Sequence record: MT446390.1
Length of the DNA: 64,000 nt
Source of the DNA: Escherichia phage TH12
Reading direction: 5' to 3' (one strand)
A model generated the notes under the pieces. The model was not told where the DNA came from and did no database searches. It saw nothing but the letters and a program-made list of their open reading frames with translations. The position numbers and the translations under genes are program-made. Position 1 is the stretch's first letter; each line of letters starts with the position of its first letter. Shown here piece after piece: positions 8,981-18,219 of this stretch.

Positions 8981-9428
8981 GAAAAATAAAGTGAAAGAAC
9001 TATCAGCCGGTATTATCTTCATGACAAAAGATAAAGAATTATTCATGGGTCGTGTAACTGGTTCTCGTCCTAAAGGTGCATTAGCTCATCGGTGGGATAT
9101 TCCTAAAGGCCGTGTCGAACCTGGCGAATCTCCTATCGAAGCCGCTATTCGTGAATGCGAAGAAGAAACTGGGTTTACACAATATGACCCTGCCTTCCTG
9201 AAAGACCTAGGTGAACATCATTACTCAGATAATAAGAATATTCATCTGTTCCTATATACCATCCCTGTAGAGCACGAGCAATTCAGAAACAGTGTTTGTA
9301 ATTCATATCATACATTCCCGGACGGACGACAGATTCCTGAATTTGATGCATTCGCTTTAATTAAACCTTCTCAATGGGAATATGTAATGGGCAAATCATT
9401 ATATAAGGTGCTCACTACCATCCTATAA
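8970..9428 (+). CDS. nudE: Nudix hydrolase (T4 NudE-like)
   Basis: Nudix box GRVEPGESPIEAAIRECEEETGF; sits just upstream of e as in T4. Confidence 0.8.
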   Translation: MMSKKNKVKELSAGIIFMTKDKELFMGRVTGSRPKGALAHRWDIPKGRVEPGESPIEAAIRECEEETGFTQYDPAFLKDLGEHHYSDNKNIHLFLYTIPVEHEQFRNSVCNSYHTFPDGRQIPEFDAFALIKPSQWEYVMGKSLYKVLTTIL

Positions 9429-9462
9429 GTAATAAATACCTCCTATAAACGTGGGAGGTATT

Positions 9463-9951
9463 ATGAATATATTTGAAATGCTTCGTAATGACGAAGGTCT
9501 TAGACTGACTTTATACAAAGACACTGAAGGCTTTTGGACGATTGGCATAGGCCATTTAGTAACAAAGAACCCGTCTTTAGCCGTAGCTAAAGCTGAACTT
9601 GACAGAATGATCGGTCGTAAATGCAACGGTACAATTACCCTTGATGAGGCTGAAAAGCTATTTAATGAAGACGTCGATAAAGCCGTTCGCGGAATCTTGG
9701 GTAATGCTAAACTTAAACCGGTATATGATTCTTTAGACGCGGTTCGTCGATGTGCATTGGTCAATATGGTCTTCCAAATGGGTGTAGCAGGCGTTGCTGG
9801 TTTTACTAATTCTCTTCGTATGCTTCAACAGAAACGTTGGGATGAAGCGGCAGTAAATCTCGCCCAATCTAAATGGTATCGTCAGACACCTAATCGCGCG
9901 AAACGCGTAATCTCAACATTTAAAACAGGAACTTGGAAAGCGTATATATGA
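9463..9951 (+). CDS. e: T4-type lysozyme (endolysin)
   Basis: [15 protein letters not shown]...TGTW, near-identical to T4 lysozyme over full length. Confidence 0.95.
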   Translation: MNIFEMLRNDEGLRLTLYKDTEGFWTIGIGHLVTKNPSLAVAKAELDRMIGRKCNGTITLDEAEKLFNEDVDKAVRGILGNAKLKPVYDSLDAVRRCALVNMVFQMGVAGVAGFTNSLRMLQQKRWDEAAVNLAQSKWYRQTPNRAKRVISTFKTGTWKAYI

Positions 9952-10229
9952 AAACATATAGTGAATTTTTATCAGAATCTATTCTTAACGAAGCTACTGA
10001 CACATTTGCAACTAAGCTAGGTGCAGCTTTGGTTGAAGCCGAAAGTCTATTAGCACGTATTTCTGAACTTGCTAGTAAGATAGATACTCGCAAATTTGAA
10101 CGTACCAGCGATATCGCTAAGCTTGAAGCCTTGTTACGTATGTGCGATAAACCGGAAGAAATCGCTAAGAACGGCTCGCTGATGAAACAACGTCTTGAAA
10201 AATATATTTCAGGCGCTTCAGAAAAATAG
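9948..10229 (+). CDS. internal-protein-like (93 aa) with capsid-targeting-like N-terminus MKTYSEF
   Basis: CTS-like N-terminus; ATGA overlap with e stop. Confidence 0.5.
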   Translation: MKTYSEFLSESILNEATDTFATKLGAALVEAESLLARISELASKIDTRKFERTSDIAKLEALLRMCDKPEEIAKNGSLMKQRLEKYISGASEK

Positions 10230-10230
10230 T

Positions 10231-10260
10231 GTTTACTTCCTCCAAGGGTTTTGATACTAT
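10231..10260 (+). promoter_or_regulatory. early promoter (GTTTAC, 18 nt, TACTAT)
   Basis: Motif. Confidence 0.5.
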
Positions 10261-10287
10261 ACATTCATCAACTACTTGGAGGAAATT

Positions 10288-10701
10288 ATGACTCGTATCA
10301 ATTTAACACTTGTTTCTGAACTGACCGATCAACATCTTATGGCTGAGTATCGTGAATTACCACGCGTATTTAGTGCAGTCCGTAAACATGTCCAAAACGG
10401 TAAACGTGTAAAGGATTTTAAAATCTCTCCAACATTTATCTTAGGCACAGGTCACGTAACATTCTTTTACGACAAACTTGAATTTTTACGTTTACGACAA
10501 ATCGAGCTAATCGCTGAATGCTTGAAACGTGGTTTCAAAATCAAGGACACGACAGTCCAGGATATTTCCGACATCCCTGCCGAATTTCGTAATAATTATG
10601 TCCCGTCCGAAGCGTCCGTTGCGATAAGTCAAGCACGCTTAGATGAAAAAATTGCTCAACGTCCTACTTGGTACAAATACTATGGTAAATCAATTTACTA
10701 A
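10288..10701 (+). CDS. denV: endonuclease V (pyrimidine-dimer DNA glycosylase)
   Basis: [12 protein letters not shown]...TWYKYYGK, near-identical to T4 DenV. Confidence 0.95.
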   Translation: MTRINLTLVSELTDQHLMAEYRELPRVFSAVRKHVQNGKRVKDFKISPTFILGTGHVTFFYDKLEFLRLRQIELIAECLKRGFKIKDTTVQDISDIPAEFRNNYVPSEASVAISQARLDEKIAQRPTWYKYYGKSIY

Positions 10702-10707
10702 GGAAAA

Positions 10708-10968
10708 ATGAAAATGTATCAAGAATTTATCATTGAAGCAGATGCCAAAGGTCCTAAATTTAAAGTTAAAGCTTTCATTGGTGATGCCGAAGACTTTGGC
10801 TCATTAAAACGTAATGGGTATTCTTTCTTAGGTGGCGATGGTAAAGAAATCAACACCTATGCAAAACGTAGTGAAATTGCTTATGTTGTAGTAAATCCTA
10901 AAGTAGATGTTGACGATATTGGATACGATTTTAACAACTTCGGAATTATTTCTGGCGGTAAAGCTTAA
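10708..10968 (+). CDS. internal-protein-like (86 aa) with CTS-like N-terminus MKMYQEFIIEA
   Basis: CTS-like N-terminus. Confidence 0.5.
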   Translation: MKMYQEFIIEADAKGPKFKVKAFIGDAEDFGSLKRNGYSFLGGDGKEINTYAKRSEIAYVVVNPKVDVDDIGYDFNNFGIISGGKA

Positions 10969-10972
10969 ATTG

Positions 10973-11001
10973 TTTACGCTTAAGTATTAATATGGTATAA
11001 T
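10973..11001 (+). promoter_or_regulatory. early promoter (GTTTAC, 17 nt, TATAAT)
   Basis: Consensus match. Confidence 0.55.
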
Positions 11002-11032
11002 TACTCTATCAAAACAAACAAGGAAACAAAAA

Positions 11033-11335
11033 ATGAAAACATATCAAGAATTTATTACTGAAGCGCGAGTGAGTGCAGGTAAATTAGAAGCCGCTATAAA
11101 TAAAAAGGCCCATTCATTTCATGATTTGTCCGATAAAGACCGTAAGAAACTTGTAAGCCTTTATATTGACAAAGAGCGTATTCTCGCTCTTCCTGGCGCT
11201 AATGAAGGTAAACAGGCCAAGCCTTTGAATGCTGTCGAAAAGAAAATTGATAACTTTGCTTCTAAATTCGGTATGTCTATGGATGACCTTCAGCAAGCGG
11301 CTATCGAAGCAGCTAAAGTAATTAAAGGTAAATAA
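11033..11335 (+). CDS. internal protein (IPII/IPIII-like, 100 aa) with CTS MKTYQEFITEA
   Basis: N-terminal region matches my recollection of T4 internal proteins. Confidence 0.7.
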   Translation: MKTYQEFITEARVSAGKLEAAINKKAHSFHDLSDKDRKKLVSLYIDKERILALPGANEGKQAKPLNAVEKKIDNFASKFGMSMDDLQQAAIEAAKVIKGK

Positions 11336-11337
11336 CA

Positions 11338-11367
11338 GTTTACTTTCTCCTAGAATTGTGATAGTAT
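11338..11367 (+). promoter_or_regulatory. early promoter (GTTTAC ... TAGTAT)
   Basis: Motif. Confidence 0.45.
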
Positions 11368-11448
11368 ATTCATAATTACTTAGAGGGGTAAATACAGAAA
11401 TGGACAATTCATGCGCCACGGAATGGCCCAACCTAAAAGAGAAACTAA

Positions 11449-11988
11449 ATGAGAACATTTTTAACTGGTCCTTATCTATCCCTGATGAATGCTTTTACAC
11501 ACCATTCTGATGTTAGAGTAGAAGAAATTTGTAAGAACGGTTATGCCCCACCATTTGAAGACGTACTCAAGCAGTACTGTACACTTCGTTTAGACGGCGG
11601 CAGACAATCAGGTAAATCGACTGCAGTAACTAATTTTGCTGTTAATTGGCTGTATGACGGTGGAACAGTTATTGTTCTTTCTAATACTTCAGCCTATGCT
11701 AAAATTTCTGCTGGCAACATTAAAAAAGAATTTTCTCGTTATTCTAGCGATGATATTCGATTCCGTTTATTTACCGATTCTGTCCGTAGTTTTATTGGCA
11801 ATGAAGGTTCTAAATTCCGTGGATTAACGCTTTCTCGTATTCTGTACATAATTGACGAGCCTATTAAAGCTCCTGATATGGATAAGATTTACAATGTCCA
11901 TATTAAAACAGTCCAACACTGTTGCAAAAGCAAATATTGCATCGGCGGTAATGCTCGTCCTCAATTTTTTGTGATTGGAATGCAATGA
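11449..11988 (+). CDS. P-loop NTPase-like protein (179 aa)
   Basis: Walker A-like GGRQSGKST. Confidence 0.5.
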   Translation: MRTFLTGPYLSLMNAFTHHSDVRVEEICKNGYAPPFEDVLKQYCTLRLDGGRQSGKSTAVTNFAVNWLYDGGTVIVLSNTSAYAKISAGNIKKEFSRYSSDDIRFRLFTDSVRSFIGNEGSKFRGLTLSRILYIIDEPIKAPDMDKIYNVHIKTVQHCCKSKYCIGGNARPQFFVIGMQ

Positions 11989-12293
11989 TGACCACTATTG
12001 AAGTTTTTGAATATTGTTATAACAGCCCAGTATGCAATAAAAGGGCTCTTGTAGAAAATTATGAGATTTACCATTTTAAACCTAAACGATATCGTTTGAC
12101 TAAAGGCCCGTTCGCAGGGCAGCAGGTTCTTTGTACTGCTCCTAATGCACGGTTTATGACTAGTATTCCGCATTTCAAAATGGAATTTATTGATGGGCCG
12201 TTTAAGGGATTAATCACTCAAAGTTTAATGGCGTTTAATTCTGACCCATTTTTGATTAAAGAAAAAACTTGGATAAATTTATTTTCTAATTGA
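11985..12293 (+). CDS. hypothetical protein (102 aa)
   Basis: ATGA overlap. Confidence 0.5.
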   Translation: MMTTIEVFEYCYNSPVCNKRALVENYEIYHFKPKRYRLTKGPFAGQQVLCTAPNARFMTSIPHFKMEFIDGPFKGLITQSLMAFNSDPFLIKEKTWINLFSN

Positions 12294-12299
12294 GGTTAT

Positions 12300-12662
12300 A
12301 TGAAAGCATATCAAATTCTTGAAGGCACACACAAAGGCACTATTTATTTTGAAGACGGTACTCAAGCCCGGATTATTGTCTCTAAGACTTTTAAAGAAGA
12401 CGCTATTGTAGACCCGGAAATTTTCTACGGTTTGAATGCCCGTGAAATTGAAATTGAACATCAACCTAAAGTTAAAATTGAAGGTGGTCAACACCTGAAC
12501 GTTAATGTTCTGCGTCGTGAAACTCTGGAAGATGCAGTTAAGCATCCAGAAAAATATCCGCAGTTGACCATCCGTGTATCCGGTTATGCAGTTCGCTTTA
12601 ACTCTCTGACTCCGGAACAGCAGCGTGACGTTATCGCTCGTACCTTTACTGAGAGTCTATAA
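12300..12662 (+). CDS. autonomous glycyl-radical cofactor (GrcA/YfiD-like)
   Basis: C-terminal [25 protein letters not shown] glycyl-radical motif. Confidence 0.8.
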   Translation: MKAYQILEGTHKGTIYFEDGTQARIIVSKTFKEDAIVDPEIFYGLNAREIEIEHQPKVKIEGGQHLNVNVLRRETLEDAVKHPEKYPQLTIRVSGYAVRFNSLTPEQQRDVIARTFTESL

Positions 12663-12886
12663 TGGCTAAATTGATTATAGAAGGGTCTGAAGATGTTTTA
12701 AAATGTTTTGCCGCCTGGTTTAGTTGCTCAGGCGAGCAATCATTCATTGAAGCATTTAGAATGGGTGATATTACTGGAAACTATCCGACAACTGATATAA
12801 TTGTACGTGGATATGGCATTAATGAGCCTATCCAATTAGTCGAATATGACCTTGCCACTGATGAGGAAATTCCTTATGTCGATTGA
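12662..12886 (+). CDS. hypothetical protein (74 aa)
   Basis: Stop/start overlap. Confidence 0.45.
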   Translation: MAKLIIEGSEDVLKCFAAWFSCSGEQSFIEAFRMGDITGNYPTTDIIVRGYGINEPIQLVEYDLATDEEIPYVD

Positions 12887-13142
12887 AGACATCAAAGGCT
12901 ACAAGCCGCATACCGATGATAAAATCGGTAAAGTGAACGCTATTAAAGATGCAGAAGTCCGTCTTGGATTGTTGTTTGATGCTCTGATTGAAGAAGCATA
13001 TATCTTGAAAGAAAATGAAACAGAGCAACAAACCAAAGAAGATATGGATGCAGTACAGGCTCTTAAGTATGCTAAGCAACATCTAAAAGAAGCCAGCATG
13101 TGGGCCTGTCGTGCAGTATTTCGACCTGAGGAAAAATACTAA
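12876..13142 (+). CDS. hypothetical protein (88 aa)
   Basis: ATG after GAGGAAA. Confidence 0.4.
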   Translation: MSIEDIKGYKPHTDDKIGKVNAIKDAEVRLGLLFDALIEEAYILKENETEQQTKEDMDAVQALKYAKQHLKEASMWACRAVFRPEEKY

Positions 13143-13441
13143 TGGCTCAAATCCTATCAGGCTTTGGAACTCATTATGAAGCATCTAGACGCATAACTGA
13201 AAGCAATCCTTTTGGCCTTGTTCCGAAGCACAAGAAAATTCAAAGCCTTGATGACTTTGAGAACCGCCTATGGGCCCTCTTTAATGAGTACAAGGCATAT
13301 CTGAAAGAAGACGCTGACGATTGTCTTGAAGAAGATGAGATTGCGTATTACGAACAACGCCTTGAACAGCTCAAGAACTTCCATCAGGTTCGTGACGAAG
13401 TATCTAAAGCAGTTAAAAAGTTAATTCCTTTCAAAGAGTAG
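13142..13441 (+). CDS. hypothetical protein (99 aa)
   Basis: Stop/start overlap. Confidence 0.5.
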   Translation: MAQILSGFGTHYEASRRITESNPFGLVPKHKKIQSLDDFENRLWALFNEYKAYLKEDADDCLEEDEIAYYEQRLEQLKNFHQVRDEVSKAVKKLIPFKE

Positions 13442-13469
13442 TTTACTTCTCCTCTAGTTGTGTTACTAT
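13441..13469 (+). promoter_or_regulatory. early promoter with inverted repeat CTCCTCTAGTTG/CAACTAGAGGAG bracketing the -10 and RBS
   Basis: GTTTAC, 17 nt, TACTAT; 12-bp inverted repeat. Confidence 0.5.
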
Positions 13470-13497
13470 AGACTTGTCAACTAGAGGAGAAATCAAA

Positions 13498-13956
13498 ATG
13501 ACTATCAATTCGGAAGTTTTTATCCGCCGTAATAAACTCCGTCGAATCTTTGAAACGGAGTTCCGCAAAATAAATGCCGGTATAAAAGATGCTGCAAAGT
13601 CTCTTGGACTACCAGGCTTTCATATCAAGTATTCTCAACATCTCTTAGATCGTGCCATCCAGAGAGAAATAGATGAGAATTACGTTTTTGAATTATTTCA
13701 TAAAGTAAAAAATCATGTTAAAGAAGTTGCAGAATTTTTATCAATGCCGGCACGTCCAGATGTTGATGAAGATTTTGTCGAAGGTGTCGAATATCGCCCA
13801 GGCCGTTTAGAAATAACTGATGGAAATCTTTGGTTAGGTCTTACAGTTTGTCGCGAAAATCCGGCATTCAAAATGAAGACTCTTCAATGTAGAATGGCTA
13901 TTATTAACAGTAAACGACTACCAGGAAAAGCTTCTAAAGCAGTGATTAAAATCTAG
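13498..13956 (+). CDS. regB: RegB site-specific endoribonuclease
   Basis: MTINSEVFIRRNKLRR...PGKASKAVIK matches T4 RegB. Confidence 0.9.
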   Translation: MTINSEVFIRRNKLRRIFETEFRKINAGIKDAAKSLGLPGFHIKYSQHLLDRAIQREIDENYVFELFHKVKNHVKEVAEFLSMPARPDVDEDFVEGVEYRPGRLEITDGNLWLGLTVCRENPAFKMKTLQCRMAIINSKRLPGKASKAVIKI

Positions 13957-13964
13957 AGGTAAAC

Positions 13965-14507
13965 ATGAGAAAAGCACTACTCGCTGGTCTATTTGCTCTT
14001 TCGTTATCAGCACATAGCTCCGAGCATACTTTTAGTAATGTCCAACTCGATAACTTGAATTATGCTTATCAGTTTGGGGAACAGTTTTCTAAGGACGGAA
14101 AATTTAAAACGCATGAAAATATGCATAAGAAAGGACTTGGATACATAATGGCCGCAATACTATGGCAAGAATCATCCGCAGGTATTAATCTTAAAGATAA
14201 GAAAGGTCACCATGCGTATGGAATGTTCCAAAACTATCTACCAACAATGAGGGCAAGAATTAACCAGCTTGGTTATAATATGACTGATGCCCAAATTAAG
14301 AAAATGCTATCTAAGCGGTCTAATTCAGCAAGATGGGCTTATATCGAATTTTCTTATTGGTTAAATATACATAACGGGGATATAAGAAAAGCTATATCCT
14401 CATATAATGCGGGATGGAAGACAAGTGCTGGAAGTAAATATGCTTCTGAAGTCCTAGAAAAGGCTAATTACCTTAAATCAAATAAACTACTGGAAATAAA
14501 AGAATGA
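13965..14507 (+). CDS. secreted lytic-transglycosylase-like protein (signal peptide; ES, GMFQ, YNAG motifs)
   Basis: N-terminal signal peptide plus SLT-like motif order. Confidence 0.55.
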   Translation: MRKALLAGLFALSLSAHSSEHTFSNVQLDNLNYAYQFGEQFSKDGKFKTHENMHKKGLGYIMAAILWQESSAGINLKDKKGHHAYGMFQNYLPTMRARINQLGYNMTDAQIKKMLSKRSNSARWAYIEFSYWLNIHNGDIRKAISSYNAGWKTSAGSKYASEVLEKANYLKSNKLLEIKE

Positions 14508-14851
14508 CCAAAATGTTGGCTTTAATAGTTAGCTTGGTTTCATTTAACGCTCTTGCTAATACTACATATACTGATGTAACGGAGTATACAAACAGAACGG
14601 CGTCTGATTATTGTGGTAAAAGTCAAGAGTGTAAAGTAGATTTTTCACAAAAATTGTTATATGCGTATAAAGACGGAGAAAAAGATGGGGCGTCTAGTAG
14701 GTTCAAGGCGTCTACTTTAATTAAAAGATACTATAAAAAATGGCAAATATTAGAATGCTCGGTGGCGGAACCTAAAGATAAGGCAGCATGCAATTCTATG
14801 GTGGACCGTCTAGTTGACTCTTATACTAGAGGACTTGTAGCAAGTGATTAA
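14504..14851 (+). CDS. secreted hypothetical protein (115 aa)
   Basis: Signal-peptide-like N-terminus. Confidence 0.5.
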   Translation: MTKMLALIVSLVSFNALANTTYTDVTEYTNRTASDYCGKSQECKVDFSQKLLYAYKDGEKDGASSRFKASTLIKRYYKKWQILECSVAEPKDKAACNSMVDRLVDSYTRGLVASD

Positions 14852-15311
14852 AAACTATATCAAGGGCGATATTGTCGCCCTGTTTTCTAAAGGTAATAAT
14901 ATTGCTCATGGGTGCAATTGTTTTCATACAATGGGTGCCGGTGTAGCAGGTCAATTGGCAAAGGCTTATCCAAAAATTTTAGAAGCCGATAAACTTCAAA
15001 CCGAATTCGGAGACGAGACTAAACTCGGGACTTATTCGGTTTATGAAAAATATTTTAAGACCCATAAAGCTTATTGCTTTAATCTTTATACACAGTTTGA
15101 GCCGGGACCTAATTTTGAGTACTCTGCTTTAATGAATTGTATAATAGAATTAAATGAATTCGGAAAAAATAAGATAACAAAGCCTGTAATTTATATGCCA
15201 AGAATTGGTGCAGGTATTGGTGGTGGAAACTGGGATGTCATCGAAGAGATTTTAGATACGTATTCCACTAAACTAGAAATTGTGATTGTTGATTGGGAAC
15301 CATTGTTATGA
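14844..15311 (+). CDS. macro-domain-like protein (ADP-ribose binding/hydrolase fold); GTG start
   Basis: Motifs resembling macro domain: GAGVAG and PRIGAGIGGG. Confidence 0.55.
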   Translation: MIKNYIKGDIVALFSKGNNIAHGCNCFHTMGAGVAGQLAKAYPKILEADKLQTEFGDETKLGTYSVYEKYFKTHKAYCFNLYTQFEPGPNFEYSALMNCIIELNEFGKNKITKPVIYMPRIGAGIGGGNWDVIEEILDTYSTKLEIVIVDWEPLL

Positions 15312-15514
15312 GCCAAACAAAAATTCTTACAGGTGCTAAATGCGAAAAATGCGAATGGCCTGTAGTTTTTGCTTTATGCAATGACGAAATGGCTTGTGAT
15401 TTTGATTATTGGTGTTACTGTTCGAACAAAGGTTGTAGCAATCATAAAGGTGAAGGGTTTTACTCAGGATTTTACCCTTACCCAGATTTCGTTAAAGAAG
15501 GTGAACCTAAATGA
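15308..15514 (+). CDS. Cys-rich small protein (68 aa), possible zinc-binding
   Basis: CEKCEW ... CYCSNKGC; ATGA overlap. Confidence 0.45.
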   Translation: MSQTKILTGAKCEKCEWPVVFALCNDEMACDFDYWCYCSNKGCSNHKGEGFYSGFYPYPDFVKEGEPK

Positions 15515-15693
15515 AATTGACTAAAGAAGAGAAAACTAAACTGTTCGAACTTATCCATGACCTATTGGATGAGCAAGCAGCCACTAATGCGTACGATGAA
15601 TATGCTCCTTTAACAGACGAAGAATATCAAGCATTGATGGAATCATTTGACAGGAAAGAACAAGAACTCATTGACTACGTGAATTCACTATAA
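15511..15693 (+). CDS. hypothetical acidic protein (60 aa)
   Basis: ATGA overlap. Confidence 0.45.
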   Translation: MKLTKEEKTKLFELIHDLLDEQAATNAYDEYAPLTDEEYQALMESFDRKEQELIDYVNSL

Positions 15694-15702
15694 GGGACTC
15701 TT

Positions 15703-16284
15703 ATGGCTAGTTTAATTTTTACCTATGCCGCTATGAACGCTGGTAAGTCTGCTTCATTACTTACTGCCGCACATAACTATAAAGAACGTGGCATGGGTGT
15801 ATTAGTTCTTAAACCGGCTATTGATACTCGCGATTCAAAAGGTGAAATAGTCTCCCGTATTGGTATTCGTCAGGATGCCAATATAATTACAAAAGACATG
15901 GATATCTTTGAATTTTATAAATGGGCTGCAGCACAAAAGGATATTCACTGTGTATTTGTTGACGAAGCTCAGTTCTTAACTACTGAAAAGGTGTATCAAC
16001 TTAGTCGTATTGTTGACGTATACAATGTGCCGGTAATGGCATACGGACTACGAACAGATTTTAAAGGTAATCTATTTGAAGGTTCTCAAGCATTAATGGC
16101 TATTGCCGATAAGCTTGTTGAACTTAAAGGTGTCTGTCATTGTGGTAAAAAGGCCACTATGGTAGCTAGAGTCACGGAAGACGGACTTCCAATTACAGAT
16201 GGCAGTCAAATTGAAATTGGTGATACCGATAGATACGTGTCATTATGCCGGAAGCATTGGAATGATTTGACAGGGTTGTTATAA
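15703..16284 (+). CDS. tk: thymidine kinase
   Basis: P-loop AAMNAGKSASLL and zinc-ribbon Cys pairs; matches T4 Tk. Confidence 0.95.
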   Translation: MASLIFTYAAMNAGKSASLLTAAHNYKERGMGVLVLKPAIDTRDSKGEIVSRIGIRQDANIITKDMDIFEFYKWAAAQKDIHCVFVDEAQFLTTEKVYQLSRIVDVYNVPVMAYGLRTDFKGNLFEGSQALMAIADKLVELKGVCHCGKKATMVARVTEDGLPITDGSQIEIGDTDRYVSLCRKHWNDLTGLL

Positions 16285-16290
16285 ATACTA
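16283..16290 (+). promoter_or_regulatory. late promoter TATAAATA
   Basis: Exact motif overlapping tk stop, about 22 nt upstream of ATG 16312. Confidence 0.4.
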
Positions 16291-16311
16291 ATATCTAACC
16301 AAGAGGTATAT

Positions 16312-16524
16312 ATGCAGCAATTAAACGAAAGACAACTTCGTAATCTTACTGTAACCCAATTGGATGAAATCCGAAGAGAATTAGGACATTCTATTTCTCA
16401 TTTAAACGAGGATATCCGTCAAACTGGTTCTAAAGCTGATTATACACGCAAGCGCAAGCTGGAAAAATACCTCACAGATGTTAAGGCCGTCCAAAGGCGA
16501 AAAATAAATACTGGCCAAAATTAA
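16312..16524 (+). CDS. hypothetical basic protein (70 aa)
   Basis: ORF. Confidence 0.5.
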   Translation: MQQLNERQLRNLTVTQLDEIRRELGHSISHLNEDIRQTGSKADYTRKRKLEKYLTDVKAVQRRKINTGQN

Positions 16525-16536
16525 CAGGAGGCCTAT

Positions 16537-16839
16537 ATGGCCTTAAGAGCGATAGCTGTCATGGCGATGCTGGGGTTTTTTGCAGCAACAACTCCTATCG
16601 TTGGTACTGCACATATTGACCCATATTTTGATAACTTTATGGAATCAGGGATTAAAAACGTATATACTTTGTTTGAAATTCAAAATGTCGAGAATTCTGA
16701 AAAATTCTATAAGTATATGGCAAAGCATTACAAAAATAGCCCCTGTGATGATGCATTTGAATGTCATGAACAAGGCATAAAAACTGCCAGACAATTTGCT
16801 GAGTTCATGAAAATAAAATTAGAGCCTACATCTATCTAA
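16537..16839 (+). CDS. secreted hypothetical protein (100 aa)
   Basis: Signal-peptide-like N-terminus. Confidence 0.5.
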   Translation: MALRAIAVMAMLGFFAATTPIVGTAHIDPYFDNFMESGIKNVYTLFEIQNVENSEKFYKYMAKHYKNSPCDDAFECHEQGIKTARQFAEFMKIKLEPTSI

Positions 16840-16846
16840 TTTACTA

Positions 16847-16873
16847 GCCCCTTCCTTATGGTTGGGGCTTTTT
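16847..16873 (+). terminator. intrinsic terminator, same GCCCC..GGGGC stem as 1724
   Basis: GCCCCTTCC-TTAT-GGTTGGGGC + TTTTT. Confidence 0.6.
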
Positions 16874-16884
16874 GGCATTTAACA

Positions 16885-16913
16885 GTTTACTTCTCCTTGA
16901 GATGTGTTATAGT
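16885..16913 (+). promoter_or_regulatory. early promoter (GTTTAC, 17 nt, TATAGT)
   Basis: Motif. Confidence 0.5.
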
Positions 16914-16940
16914 AGTCCTTACTTACTAGAGGAGAACGTT

Positions 16941-17120
16941 ATGACACGTAAAGAAAAGATTTCTAAGTTGATGTTTTTGATTGAAGAGTACGCTAATGCG
17001 GTATCTGATTGGGAAAATGCTCATGGTTGCGAAGATGGAGACATCGACATTAACAGGGCTATGAAAAAGATGGCCGACGCTCACACCGAATTGCAAATGT
17101 ATGTTAACGAGATTATGTGA
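16941..17120 (+). CDS. hypothetical protein (59 aa)
   Basis: ATG after GAGGAGAA; track start at 16872 would run through the promoter. Confidence 0.45.
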   Translation: MTRKEKISKLMFLIEEYANAVSDWENAHGCEDGDIDINRAMKKMADAHTELQMYVNEIM

Positions 17121-17127
17121 GGATATT

Positions 17128-17334
17128 ATGCTTTACGATTATACTGGAAAATCTGAAGACGGTGTACTTGAACTTTTACCTGAAAGCGCTGAAGATGATG
17201 ATATGGTGGTGATGTTTTGTAAAAATGGCCCTGGGGATAAGGGATGGATTTATCTTCGCCAAGAAAATGACCTAATTGTTTTAGACCCTAAACAAGTTGA
17301 AGAACTTTATCAACATTTAAAACACAATCGGTAG
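17128..17334 (+). CDS. hypothetical protein (68 aa)
   Basis: ATG after GAGGA. Confidence 0.45.
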   Translation: MLYDYTGKSEDGVLELLPESAEDDDMVVMFCKNGPGDKGWIYLRQENDLIVLDPKQVEELYQHLKHNR

Positions 17335-17363
17335 TTTACATCTTGGTAGGACTATGTTATAGT
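17334..17363 (+). promoter_or_regulatory. early promoter with palindrome GGTAGGACTA / TAGTCCTACC
   Basis: GTTTAC ... TATAGT. Confidence 0.5.
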
Positions 17364-17391
17364 AGTCCTACCAAAACAAACGGAGAACAAA

Positions 17392-17502
17392 ATGAAACTT
17401 TTGCTTATCGCTTATGTTGTAGTACAATACAATTATCCGATGTTTACTTATAACATGGTAAACGGCATAGTGAATCTTATTGAAACGAGTATGGTAAAAT
17501 GA
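17392..17502 (+). CDS. micro-ORF (36 aa, hydrophobic), absent from track
   Basis: ATG after GGAGAA; ATGA-coupled to next ORF. Confidence 0.3.
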   Translation: MKLLLIAYVVVQYNYPMFTYNMVNGIVNLIETSMVK

Positions 17503-17678
17503 CCCGTGAACAAGCTAATAAATTGATGGACCTTATCCATGACCTACGTGAAGCCGATTCAGATTTGAATGATGTAGCTTATCACGCGGTAAATGATAAC
17601 GGAGACTTTTATGAAAATCAGGTTGATGCTTGTCAGAATGATTTGGTGAATTTTGTTGAAACTTTAATTGGTGAATAA
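17499..17678 (+). CDS. small acidic protein (59 aa), absent from track
   Basis: ATGA overlap on both sides. Confidence 0.35.
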   Translation: MTREQANKLMDLIHDLREADSDLNDVAYHAVNDNGDFYENQVDACQNDLVNFVETLIGE

Positions 17679-17679
17679 T

Positions 17680-18210
17680 ATGAAAATTGTAATTGAAACA
17701 ACCGAGTTGTTTGGTGATTTATGTATCGAAAAACGTGGTTATGCTTACGTTCTGACACAAGAAGATGATTCTGTTACTATTCTTCCTATGGAACTGGACA
17801 AGATTTTGAAACTCAATCCACCGGGCCATGCATCTGTAATTAACATTGATGAAGACCTTCAAGTTCGTTTTTATCATGGACTTTATAGTGGGGTTAATAT
17901 CGAAACAGAAGATGAATGCCTTTCTATTAATAATTGGAAAACATTCGTCACTAAAGTGAAAGAATTCATTGAATCTGAAACAGCCAAAAAGGCCAAACTT
18001 CAATGGGCTAAATGCCGTAATGCTTTTATTACAAATCAGGACCGCCCTGACTATACAACGGTCCTAGGCGTTAATCCTTCTTATGAAGATGGCGATGTTG
18101 TAGTTATTCGTCAAATTGATGACCTTCGTCAACATATCGTTACATTAGACAAAGATGAAGCAGTTGCTCTTAAAGCTTATCTTGATTCTATTATCCCAAC
18201 TTTGAAATAA
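17680..18210 (+). CDS. hypothetical protein (176 aa)
   Basis: ATG directly after upstream stop. Confidence 0.55.
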   Translation: MKIVIETTELFGDLCIEKRGYAYVLTQEDDSVTILPMELDKILKLNPPGHASVINIDEDLQVRFYHGLYSGVNIETEDECLSINNWKTFVTKVKEFIESETAKKAKLQWAKCRNAFITNQDRPDYTTVLGVNPSYEDGDVVVIRQIDDLRQHIVTLDKDEAVALKAYLDSIIPTLK

Positions 18211-18219
18211 GGAATTATT

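Noticed and set aside
11400-11510. Short ORF (about 36 aa) with a strong GAGGGG RBS upstream of the P-loop gene
   Set aside because: It is in a different frame and overlaps the 179-aa ORF start; cannot decide without expression data, so the longer ORF was kept.
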